A stretch of DNA of 52,486 nt from a virus (taxonomy: Duplodnaviria; Caudoviricetes): positions 1-52,486 of IMG/VR virus record IMGVR_UViG_3300037070_006243. One strand, written 5' to 3'. A program made the translations under genes and the position numbers. The stretch's first letter is position 1. Each line of letters opens with the position of its first letter. Under the pieces are notes generated by a model that was given only the letters and a program-made list of their open reading frames with translations, was not told the DNA's origin and ran no database searches. Of this stretch, positions 1 to 8,193 are shown in pieces.

Positions 1-294
1 GCCCTGATGAGGTGCGGAACCCGTATAACCATCATGCTGTGTACGCTCGAAGGTTATACGCTCAATATTCAGCCCATTCTTCCGACGGATGTCCCACGGA
101 TCGCGGACGAGCGCGGGATTTTCGTCGTCTTGGTTCATGATAGTTACGCGGTTGGCCGACCAGTTCTTAACCGCGAAAGAGGTAACGGCGCCGGTAAATG
201 ATCCGGGGGCAAGTTTTATCTCATCCCCAAGCCCGGCACCGGATTCGAGCGCGGCTTGGAGTTGGGCGCCGTTTGCGCAGTTGATCGTGACCAT
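1..294 (-). CDS. N-terminal 98 aa of the large beta-helix/esterase spike protein (continues across the circular join into 52359..49243)
   Basis: ATG at 294 overlaps the TAA of the upstream ORF; open frame MVTINCANGAQLQAALESGAGLGDEIKLAPGSF... runs to base 1 and in frame into WPTARSI-MWSGNSNF; start resembles pectate-lyase-like beta-helix proteins. Confidence 0.85.
   Translation of the reverse strand, partial: MVTINCANGAQLQAALESGAGLGDEIKLAPGSFTGAVTSFAVKNWSANRVTIMNQDDENPALVRDPWDIRRKNGLNIERITFERTQHDGYTGSAPHQG
2..127. repeat. Terminal direct repeat, copy 1 (126 bp; assembly circularisation overlap)
   Basis: 2-127 is identical to 52361-52486; base 1 (G) differs from 52360 (A), a synonymous GGC/GGT change in the spanning ORF. 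Confidence 0.95.
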
Positions 295-875
295 TACCTA
301 GCCCATCCATAAATTGTCCAGCATTCGGCGCTGGAGCTTAACGTGAAGGAACCGCCTGGGTAGGATGCGAGTTCTTGCGGGCCGATCCAACGGTGACGGG
401 ATAAGCTGCTCGTAGAGGTTGCCTGTACCGTACCTAGGCCGAGGTCGTCTGAACTAACCGTGCGGCTAGCGGTTTCGGTGAAGGTAGAGACGAAGAAGCG
501 TCCGCCGTGACGGAGTTGTCGGACAGCGGGAATGGTGAAAACGGTGCCGGTTGCTACTTGAATTGCCGCGCCGAAAAGTTCAAACGCTCCGCGGAAGCCG
601 AACCGTTGAAAGGCGGAGGCAACAGCTACGGAGCAGGTAACGTTTACGGCGTCGGACGGTGCGCGGAACCAAGCTGCGTCGCCGGCGCTTGTTGCACTTG
701 GCGAGGATGCTCCGGTGAGTGCAATTGCTCCGGCGTTACTAATTGGGCGAGCGCTGGCTGTAAAGTTGTGAGTGAAGCCGACAACGACATCTCCGATCAA
801 GCTGTTGGCGAACCCAACTGTATCGACTGAGCCGCTAGTTCCGTCAGTGATGTATGAAACTGCGCGGTAGCCCAT
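294..875 (-). CDS. Hypothetical virion/fibre-associated protein
   Basis: 193 aa, Ser/Thr/Ala/Gly-rich, translationally coupled within the fibre cluster. Confidence 0.6.
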   Translation of the reverse strand: MGYRAVSYITDGTSGSVDTVGFANSLIGDVVVGFTHNFTASARPISNAGAIALTGASSPSATSAGDAAWFRAPSDAVNVTCSVAVASAFQRFGFRGAFELFGAAIQVATGTVFTIPAVRQLRHGGRFFVSTFTETASRTVSSDDLGLGTVQATSTSSLSRHRWIGPQELASYPGGSFTLSSSAECWTIYGWAR

Positions 876-1420
876 TAGATACGGCCTACTTCTTGCCAGC
901 GCGCCTGAAAGTTGGTCGTCTGCGGGCCGGTTAGGGTGAAGCCAAGCACTCCGAGCGCAGTGATGACGTCGGTGTAAACCTTGTCTGTTTCTTCGTTAGA
1001 GAGGTAGGCAGCGGCTTTCTTCTGGCGCTTGGCGTCACGGAACTGCGCATCAGTGAGGCCATCAGAAGGCGCGGATGCGTTCATCGCGTTTGTAACGGCG
1101 AGCCGTAGTGCATCCTTCTGGGCTTGTGGCAGCCCTTTAACCAACGTAAACCACTCCGGCCCGGTGAGGTTGAACTCGGTCGCGAGTTGGTCACGAGTGG
1201 TTGGCGTGCGCGTCACCGTCGTCGCCTGGAAGGTGATGATTGTCTCAGTGATAATGTGGGTATTACTTCCGGTGACGGTGCTGACCGGAGCTGCGTCGAT
1301 GACCGCTTTCCAAACCGCTCCAGTTGACGCCTTCGGTACGTGCGCAGCAACCCACTCCGGGGTTACATTCTCGTATTTGTCGATGACATTTCCGGGAAAA
1401 ACTAGTGCGTAAAGTGCCAT
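875..1420 (-). CDS. Hypothetical protein, possibly fibre assembly/accessory
   Basis: 181 aa, directly downstream of a fibre-like gene, coupled start/stop. Confidence 0.55.
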   Translation of the reverse strand: MALYALVFPGNVIDKYENVTPEWVAAHVPKASTGAVWKAVIDAAPVSTVTGSNTHIITETIITFQATTVTRTPTTRDQLATEFNLTGPEWFTLVKGLPQAQKDALRLAVTNAMNASAPSDGLTDAQFRDAKRQKKAAAYLSNEETDKVYTDVITALGVLGFTLTGPQTTNFQARWQEVGRI

Positions 1421-1422
1421 GA

Positions 1423-2649
1423 TTATGCATCCGTCGCTGCGTTGGAGGTGTAGGTACCGCTGATATGGGTAACGATCGCGTCCTGCGCGAGGTCGTCGTT
1501 ACCGGCGGTGCCGTTGCCGTCTACGTCTCGAGAAAGCCGACCAGCGATAGTTTTACCATTCGCGGGAGTGTTGGCGGCGGTTACTGCGCCGGTGGCATCG
1601 GAAACATAGCGAGTCATTGCAGTTGCGCCGTCGTCGACTACGCGTACCGCGGTTCCCCACGAACCGTCAAGAGCTTCGGCGTTCCCGATTGCTTGAAGCT
1701 CGAAGCACCAAGTGACCGTGGCGGTGGCGTTTGAGGTGACGTGATACCAGTGAACCTGGAAGGTGAAAGTTCCGTTGTTGTATTTCTTCGGAAGTTTAAT
1801 GTCGAAGTGGGCAAAAGCATCTGAAGCGGTTGGGAAGGCCCAGCCAACGAGCATTTTATCGTTGGTGGCAGTCTCGGCAAAAACTGGAGAAGCACCAGCA
1901 GTTACCGCTCCAGTCATTTCGTGAGCGTAAATGGTGAAGTCGGTTACGCCCTGGGCAATCATGGCGTCGAGTTGGGTTTGGATGGCGGAGGTTACGCCAT
2001 CAAGATAAGACATCTCTGTGGGGGTGATAGTTGCCGCACCGGCGAGGATGTTGTTGGAGTTCATATCCAACGTGCCACCAAGCTGCGGTGAGGTGTCGTC
2101 TACGAGATCACCACCGCCATCACTTCCGCCGCCGATGAGAAGTGCTCGATTGTCACCGCTGACGTTGGTGATAACTAGAACTCGACGTTCGCCGTCCGGA
2201 ATGACAAGAGGGAAGGTGAAGTTAATTGTGGTGTCGAAGATCGCGGTGGAGGTAAAGGTAGTTTCCTGACCGCTTGCAAAAAGTTCAAGAAATCGGGGGA
2301 AGGAATTGAGACCGGTGGCGGAGGCGATATCGACGGTGGCCTCGGCGGCGGTTACTAATCCACCCCAGAATGTTGCGCCGTCGATGTCAACTTCGCTCGA
2401 AACGATTGGGATTTCTTGATAGAGGTAGGCGGCGCCCATGCCTTCGGAGGTTAGAAGTTTCAACCCCGCTGCGAAGTTCCAGAAATTCTCGTCAGTTGCG
2501 AGGGATCCCGCGGCGCCGCCAAGGCCGAGGGGGATGGCAAGCCGCGCTCCGTATGTGGCAAGGTCCGCGCCTCCCGCGGTGATAAGAGCTTGGAGGGCGA
2601 CGGAGTTACGAAGGGCGGCTGCCAGTTCGCCTAGTTCTTTATCGGCCAT
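1423..2649 (-). CDS. Tail-fibre-like protein
   Basis: Contains DLVDDTSPQLGGTLDMNSNNI and ITPTEMSYLDGVTSAIQTQLDA, segments typical of phage fibre shafts, then a beta-rich C-terminal domain. Confidence 0.65.
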   Translation of the reverse strand: MADKELGELAAALRNSVALQALITAGGADLATYGARLAIPLGLGGAAGSLATDENFWNFAAGLKLLTSEGMGAAYLYQEIPIVSSEVDIDGATFWGGLVTAAEATVDIASATGLNSFPRFLELFASGQETTFTSTAIFDTTINFTFPLVIPDGERRVLVITNVSGDNRALLIGGGSDGGGDLVDDTSPQLGGTLDMNSNNILAGAATITPTEMSYLDGVTSAIQTQLDAMIAQGVTDFTIYAHEMTGAVTAGASPVFAETATNDKMLVGWAFPTASDAFAHFDIKLPKKYNNGTFTFQVHWYHVTSNATATVTWCFELQAIGNAEALDGSWGTAVRVVDDGATAMTRYVSDATGAVTAANTPANGKTIAGRLSRDVDGNGTAGNDDLAQDAIVTHISGTYTSNAATDA

Positions 2650-2652
2650 GGA

Positions 2653-3141
2653 CTACGCCTCTACGTAAATGGTCATGGGTTCGAGGGCGACGTTTAGCAC
2701 GTTACCGTCGGGGATGTCGTTTAGGTCGGTGTCGATTACGAGGTTTTGGAGTTCCTGAATCGTGCCTGGAATCACCACATCTTCGGAGATTTCGTTCCCG
2801 GTCACACCCTGTGCGTTCTTTGTGCGAACTTTGATGGTCGCGGTTGTACCCCAGAGGGAGACGTAGACCTCGGTGGTGTAGAACTCGGAATCCGCGGGAT
2901 CGACCAGGGTTTGCCAACCGTCTACAGAGTTCCACCATTCAAGTATGCCGAGGGTTCCGGCGTTGTCCCCCTGAACCACAGCGTCCCCCCAATCAACGGC
3001 GGAGATGTCGGTCGTGAAATCGACCTCTCCATCATTGACCCCCGGTTCGATCTCTGAGGCGAAGCCAGAGGGACGGTCGCGCTGCGCCGTCACCTCCGCG
3101 GTGTTCGCCCAAGTTACGAGGTTGAGTCCGATGCAGATCAT
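2653..3141 (-). CDS. Putative head-fibre/spike protein (start MICIGLNL; Ig/FN3-like beta domain)
   Basis: ATG at 3141 overlaps the upstream stop; the 3501 extension in the ORF track is shadow sequence; N-terminus resembles the MIxLGLGL anchor of GTA head fibres. Confidence 0.5.
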   Translation of the reverse strand: MICIGLNLVTWANTAEVTAQRDRPSGFASEIEPGVNDGEVDFTTDISAVDWGDAVVQGDNAGTLGILEWWNSVDGWQTLVDPADSEFYTTEVYVSLWGTTATIKVRTKNAQGVTGNEISEDVVIPGTIQELQNLVIDTDLNDIPDGNVLNVALEPMTIYVEA

Positions 3142-4004
3142 TACACGCGGTTCTGTTCGACCTTGATGTAGTCGATGGTAGCGATTCGCTGCGCGGTTCC
3201 GCGGTTGCCGATGACGATCGCCGGGGTGAGGGCAACGGTTGTGGTTACGGCGGCGGCGACGGAGCCCATGGAGACACCGTTGATGAAGCCCTCGACCACG
3301 CCGGCGGCGGAAACCTCGATGCGCAGGTGGATGTAGGTGTCGGCAACGAGGGCAGTGCCAGAGACTACCGGGGTGACATCGGTTCCGTTTGCGACGCCGC
3401 CGAGGGTAAGCATGTCCACGGTTGCGTCTGTGTCGAAGATAATCCCGCAAGCATCGGTAGCGTCGGAGAGCGGATCGGCGGCAAGCATGTAGATTGGACA
3501 CTCGACGGTCGTAACCGCGACGTCGGTGAAGCCCATGAAGAGATAGACCGCGGTGATGGCGTCAACCTTCAGCCGTGCTTCCATCGCGAGGCCGCCGGAG
3601 TTGGCTTTCCACGCCAGCCCGATTCCGTTGAGGACAGAGTTGTTCGCGGCGTGGGTGTCGTCGGCGGTGCTGGATTTCAGTGTGACGGTTCCGTTAAGAG
3701 CCGCGGCAACGGTTGTCGCAACCTGAGTGCCTGAACCACTCCCGGCGGTGGTGACCCATGTATCCGCGGGACCAGCGTCTCCGATCGCCCACGTACCGAA
3801 GAAGTCTTCGTAAAGGACGTACTTGGTGCCGAGGGCGAGGTCGTTCAGTTTCAACCCAAGGGCGGCGGAAAGGGCGGTGAGGGCCGCGACAGAACGATCC
3901 GTGCTCGCTTCCGCGCGAAGGGCTTCGAGACCACCCGCGAATATTCTGGTTGCGGCGTCGGCGCTGCGAAGGTCGACAGATTCGGCGGCAGAATACGGCG
4001 GCAT
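3141..4004 (-). CDS. Virion structural protein with lectin-like beta-sandwich
   Basis: 287 aa, Ala/Thr/Gly-rich, EDFF...W and HLRIEV...FING...IDYIKVEQ pattern reminiscent of ConA/LamG-like folds. Confidence 0.5.
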   Translation of the reverse strand: MPPYSAAESVDLRSADAATRIFAGGLEALRAEASTDRSVAALTALSAALGLKLNDLALGTKYVLYEDFFGTWAIGDAGPADTWVTTAGSGSGTQVATTVAAALNGTVTLKSSTADDTHAANNSVLNGIGLAWKANSGGLAMEARLKVDAITAVYLFMGFTDVAVTTVECPIYMLAADPLSDATDACGIIFDTDATVDMLTLGGVANGTDVTPVVSGTALVADTYIHLRIEVSAAGVVEGFINGVSMGSVAAAVTTTVALTPAIVIGNRGTAQRIATIDYIKVEQNRV

Positions 4005-6155
4005 TTATAGATTCTCCGATAGGTGTTGGAAGGCGAGGATAAGGTCGGGGACGAGCTTGGAGTAGTCGATGGCGTAAGGGATGAACTCGGGATCACCTGG
4101 GCCTGCGATGGAACCGGCACGGACGGCGTAGGGGGCGAGGAGTTCGAGTTCTTGGGCGATAAGCCCACGTCCGGTTTCACCTGTGAGCTCGCCGGTTACG
4201 CCGGAAAGCCAGTCGTAGTCTTTGACGAGCATTGCGCTCACGCGAGCAGCGGCGGCGGCTTTATCAGAGGGGGTTTGGTTGGCTTTGAGCCGACCGTCGG
4301 ATGAGGTGTTGAAGTTGGTTTGACTGTTTACGGATTCGACAGAGCCGACGAGACCGTTGGCGTTGTAGAAACGGTTATGGTTGGCGGAACTTGTACCGGT
4401 GCGGGACGAATCCATCGTCGTCGCGGAATTAAGTAACTTCCCCGAAGTCACACCAGTGGCGGAAAAGGTTCCGACGTTGTGGAGGGTCATACGCTGCAGC
4501 GGACCCGCGGAGTCGCTGTAGATGACTCCGGTTGCGCCGGGGTAGTTTAGCTCGTCCACGCCAGAAACGTCCGCGAGGAGTAGGACGCCAGGGGAGGCAT
4601 TTTTACCTGTAGCACCCTCGGTGAAGACACTACCGCCGCCGGAGTTCATAACGATGGAAAGACCGCCGCAACCGGAAAGGTCACAATCTTCGAGGGCGAC
4701 GTGGGAACCTTGGCTGACAACGATGGCGTCGTCCCCGGCTCCAGAGAAATCGCTATCCGAACAACGACAATCTGCGCCAAGAACTGCGCGGAGGGCGGTG
4801 CCGGCGGCGCCTGAACAATCCGCGGCGGTCATGGCAAGGTAGGCGCGGTGGACCTCAACACCGTCGGCGCCGGAATTGGTGAGAGTGGCGTCGATTAGGT
4901 TGACAACGGAAGCACGAGAGATGAAGACCATTGAATCGCCGGAGCCGGCGGCCCGGACATCGGCGTCGGCTTGGCCTGCGTCAACTGTGCAACCTTGGAA
5001 AGTTGCATTCGATCCTTGCTGAATACGAAGGGCCGGACCACCAGAGCCGCTCCAAACAGTGTTAAGGGCGTAGATTCGAGAACCCTGGCAGTAGAGGCCA
5101 CAAACACCGGTGTTGATAACCCCGCAATCTTCGAGAATTTTAACACGAGAATTTTGAGCGTAGATGCCATGCCCCCAGTAATCTGGGTCGCCTCGGGGCG
5201 AGTCCATATCGAACTTGCATGCAATGGTTGGGGCTAGGCAGTTGGAGAAGACGAAGAGGTTTTGAGATGAATCAAATACCGCGCTGGCTTCACCCGGAAG
5301 GTCGGAATTGTCGACGCCGACGAAGCTGGGGCTTAGAGTAACTGTGGCGGACCCTGGGGTGCCGAGATCTCCGGCGTAGGCTATCTCGAAGGCGGAGAAG
5401 TCGCCGTTCTCGAGGCGAAGCCCTGTTGCCGGTTGGTGCCCGTCTTCGATCATGAGGGTGATCTTGTCGCGGGTACGACCGTTTACGCGCTTGGATATTT
5501 CGTTAATTGCGGCGTCGAGGGTGGGGAAGGTTGTTGGGATGTAGTAGGTTACGGCGTCTTTGTGCCCGACGGTTATGTCTACGAGGCGTGCCCAGTAGGA
5601 GTTGCTGGAGTAGGTTTCCGGGTCCCGAGCCGGGAGGGTATGTGCGACGCGGCAAACGTACATCACGCCATCGCTCACCACGATATCATCCGCAACGTAG
5701 GGGTTGCCGGCGATGTAGGCGAGGGATTCGACTGTTTCGAGATCCGGCGGGACTACTGGGGTATAGCCGAGGAGCTGCTGCTGTCGCATGACGGTGAGGT
5801 CGAACTCGCGCTCGATCGCCCGCGGGTCGAAACCGGAGACTGTGTTGAGGTCGATCCCGGTTTGGGTGAACGGCACCCACCGCTCGATCCGAATCTCTAC
5901 CCCGGATGCGATCGGGGACTCTCCGAGGTCACTCGGATACGTGATGGTTCCGCCGAGATACCCATCCGAGGCATCGCCGCTTCCACGGGTGAGCGTGTAT
6001 GATCCCGTGGAAATCTCCACAAACGGATCGTCGCTGCTATCCCGCGAGCTTACGAGAATATGTGAATCCGCGTAAAACCGGAACGAGAAGGGAAAATTCC
6101 TTGTCGCGCCATTCCCGAGCCGATCAACCGATCGGTCTTCCGTCTCAACTGTCAC
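4005..6155 (-). CDS. Tail fibre/tailspike: T7 gp17-like N-terminal adaptor, beta-helix, C-terminal peptidase S74 intramolecular chaperone
   Basis: GNGATRNFPFSF adaptor motif; YVADDIVVSDGVMYVCRVAHT CBM-like motif; Gly/Asp/Ser beta-helix repeats; SSDGRLK...GLIAQEL...IDYSKLVPDLI chaperone; GTG start with GGAGG RBS. Confidence 0.85.
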   Translation of the reverse strand: MTVETEDRSVDRLGNGATRNFPFSFRFYADSHILVSSRDSSDDPFVEISTGSYTLTRGSGDASDGYLGGTITYPSDLGESPIASGVEIRIERWVPFTQTGIDLNTVSGFDPRAIEREFDLTVMRQQQLLGYTPVVPPDLETVESLAYIAGNPYVADDIVVSDGVMYVCRVAHTLPARDPETYSSNSYWARLVDITVGHKDAVTYYIPTTFPTLDAAINEISKRVNGRTRDKITLMIEDGHQPATGLRLENGDFSAFEIAYAGDLGTPGSATVTLSPSFVGVDNSDLPGEASAVFDSSQNLFVFSNCLAPTIACKFDMDSPRGDPDYWGHGIYAQNSRVKILEDCGVINTGVCGLYCQGSRIYALNTVWSGSGGPALRIQQGSNATFQGCTVDAGQADADVRAAGSGDSMVFISRASVVNLIDATLTNSGADGVEVHRAYLAMTAADCSGAAGTALRAVLGADCRCSDSDFSGAGDDAIVVSQGSHVALEDCDLSGCGGLSIVMNSGGGSVFTEGATGKNASPGVLLLADVSGVDELNYPGATGVIYSDSAGPLQRMTLHNVGTFSATGVTSGKLLNSATTMDSSRTGTSSANHNRFYNANGLVGSVESVNSQTNFNTSSDGRLKANQTPSDKAAAAARVSAMLVKDYDWLSGVTGELTGETGRGLIAQELELLAPYAVRAGSIAGPGDPEFIPYAIDYSKLVPDLILAFQHLSENL

Positions 6156-6454
6156 CTTAACCTCCGGTGCCGGGGCGCACGTTCCTACGCTCCCTACATC
6201 CTACACCAGAGTCAATCCCTCCGCGGGATGTGTAACAAGAAAGGTGTGTATCCCGTTTTCCACTCTTCATTATATATGAGGGGGAAAAGGGATTTTGGAA
6301 TTTATATGTAATATATTTTGCGAAGGGGGTGGCCGGCGCCAGCTGGGGGTGGGTCTCCGCCGACCCCCACCGGGCCGCAGGGTCAGGGAGTCCGGGGCGG
6401 GGGACTCCGTGCCAAGGGGAAAAAGTTTTTCATCGTTTCACCTCCGGGTTGATG

Positions 6455-6484
6455 TTGCAGCGCGGCGGGATTACCGCGCTGCAA
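6455..6484 (-). other. Stem-loop immediately after the 6493-7068 gene (processing site or terminator)
   Basis: 11-bp perfect inverted repeat TTGCAGCGCGG/CCGCGCTGCAA; no adjacent U-tract. Confidence 0.5.
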
Positions 6485-6492
6485 TGGTTAGG

Positions 6493-7068
6493 TCAGAGGA
6501 GATCGTCTTCCTCGAGGTCAACATCAACCGGCGCGGCGGACTGCGCGTCAACGATCACTTGCGCGCGGACCATGAAGCGGTCGGCCTCATCGGCGGCGGC
6601 ATCATGGCGAGTGATGTAGTCGAGGATTGCGGTCCCGTTGGGGTAGGTATTGCCCGACTTCGCGGATGTGGTGAAGTACTTCTTGCCCTTCTCGTGCTGA
6701 GCAGCCTTGGCTTTGATCGCGGCATCCGCGCCCTTGCCGAGCAGGCCAAGGCGGGAGAGGATGTCGGACTCGGCAAGCTTGAGCGCGACCTTCGTGGTTT
6801 CGTCGAGTCCGCCGGTTTCGAACTGCGTGGGATATTGGCCAGCGGTGATCTGGTCTGAAATTTTGACCATAAGCGCCCGCTTGTTGTCGCCCTGAACGTC
6901 CTTCGTCGCGACGGACATTGCCCGCTTGAAACCCAGAACGGCGAGCGTGCGGATCGCGGCCTCGTCGAGGTTCTGGAGGTCGTAATTCGCGGTAACGGTG
7001 GGCGAGCCGGTCGGTTGGGCAAGCTTGAAAGTGAAGGTCTGTGGGCCGGTGAAAGTGTGGTTGGACAT
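6493..7068 (-). CDS. Hypothetical protein with acidic C-terminus
   Basis: 191 aa, ATG with AGGAG RBS, strongly biased codon usage, ends DVDLEEDDLL. Confidence 0.8.
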   Translation of the reverse strand: MSNHTFTGPQTFTFKLAQPTGSPTVTANYDLQNLDEAAIRTLAVLGFKRAMSVATKDVQGDNKRALMVKISDQITAGQYPTQFETGGLDETTKVALKLAESDILSRLGLLGKGADAAIKAKAAQHEKGKKYFTTSAKSGNTYPNGTAILDYITRHDAAADEADRFMVRAQVIVDAQSAAPVDVDLEEDDLL

Positions 7069-7316
7069 GGTAGGCTCCTATCGCAGCCGGGATTGGCTGG
7101 TACGTAGTACCAAATCGGAAAAAGTGAGTCGTGTCAATGCACCGACTGGTTAAATACAGGCAGTTTTCCACAGGTATTTGGGCCGAGGTAACATATTGTG
7201 ATCGCCGTCCCGGCAGGGGTCGCGCAATTCGAGGTGTCAATCTGCCGGGATAGACTCGCGGGTATCGCCGGTTATACACACAGGTGCATCGTACACCCCT
7301 ACACACCCCCTCCCTT

Positions 7317-7660
7317 GCCCCTACTTAACCGACATCACTCGGACCTTATCCCCAACTTCCCCCTACCCTCTCCCAGTTGTCCCTCCTGCTGGTTTGAGGG
7401 GTGGCATAGGCATACACACGATCCATTTCCGAGGTTCAGTCTCTTTCCGAGGTTCTTCTGTTTTTCTTTTCTAAAAATATTTTTTTTTTAGAAAACAGAA
7501 AGAGAGAGAGAGAACCTCGACCGAAGGGAAGGCAGGGAACCTCGAAGGGACTTCGTGTGTATGGGGAGGGGATGCCGGGGGCAATTCCAGCAGGACAGAC
7601 ATGTGGGGGTATGTAGGGGAATTTGGGGATATGGTAGGGGTAATGTCGGTCAAGTAGGGC
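7317..7660. repeat. Large imperfect inverted repeat centred on an A/T tract (~7481); candidate origin/control element
   Basis: Seven mirrored blocks, e.g. CATACACACGA 7411-7421 / TCGTGTGTATG 7553-7563; TTTTCTAAAAA 7467-7477 / TTTTTAGAAAA 7485-7495. Confidence 0.9.
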
Positions 7661-7685
7661 GTAGGTAGGGAACATACACACCGTA

Positions 7686-7714
7686 TTGCAAGCGCTTCGC
7701 GCATATGATAGTGT
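7686..7714 (+). promoter_or_regulatory. Sigma70-type early promoter
   Basis: TTGCAA-17 bp-TAGTGT with extended -10 TG, ~45 bp upstream of the first rightward gene. Confidence 0.6.
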
Positions 7715-7757
7715 GGGGGTGGGACAATTTGTCCCGCGAAAAAGTATGAAGGAGGCG

Positions 7758-8138
7758 ATGATGATTGAGAATATGCAGGTCAGCTACAACAACGGCGACG
7801 AGTCGTGGACTGGGCGGATCGATATGACGTTCTGGTCAGTGGAGGCGGCGGCGGAAACGTTCGAGGCAATCAGGCTCGGCGAAGCTCGGGGCTGGACGAA
7901 GGACGTGGAGTATCGGGACCGGGAAGTGGAGGTTCAGCGCCCGTTTCTCGTATTCAACACTGACACAGAGCAGCTGGTCAAGACAGCAGTAATGGCGGTC
8001 TGGCAATTAACCGAGGGAAAGATCACCACGATTAAGTTGCACCGTCACCTGACCATGGCAGGGCTGAAGGAGTCGAAGGATCAGGTCGAGGCGTGGATTG
8101 CGGAGCTGGAAGCCGCAAATACCGTCGCCGAAGGTTGA
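7758..8138 (+). CDS. Early protein with C-terminal ribosomal protein bL12 (L7/L12) CTD-like motif
   Basis: AAGGAGG RBS; C-terminal GKITTIKLHRHLTMAGLKESKDQVE resembles KIxVIKxVRxITGLGLKEAKDLVE. Confidence 0.65.
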   Translation: MMIENMQVSYNNGDESWTGRIDMTFWSVEAAAETFEAIRLGEARGWTKDVEYRDREVEVQRPFLVFNTDTEQLVKTAVMAVWQLTEGKITTIKLHRHLTMAGLKESKDQVEAWIAELEAANTVAEG

Positions 8139-8180
8139 TAGCTTCTAGGGCGTGGAGACGCGCCCTACTTGGTATCAACC
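8133..8180 (+). promoter_or_regulatory. Intergenic two-tier stem-loop (candidate RNase III processing site)
   Basis: Outer stem GGTTGATA/TATCAACC, internal loop, inner stem TAGGGCGTG-GAGA-CGCGCCCTA, followed by RBS. Confidence 0.5.
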
Positions 8181-8193
8181 GAAGGAGGATGTG

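Noticed and set aside
2-127. Biological direct terminal repeat
   Set aside because: Falls inside a coding sequence and its length matches a typical assembler k-mer overlap
294-6155. BPP-1-style diversity-generating retroelement
   Set aside because: Head genes are BPP-1-like, but I see no reverse transcriptase motif and no template/variable repeat pair
7132-7240. Leftward TTGACA hexamers at ~7137 and ~7240
   Set aside because: No -10 element at 16-18 bp spacing, so not called as promoters
7460-7500. N15-like protelomerase target (linear plasmid prophage)
   Set aside because: No protelomerase/tyrosine recombinase or ParA/RepA gene, and the centre is not a perfect palindrome
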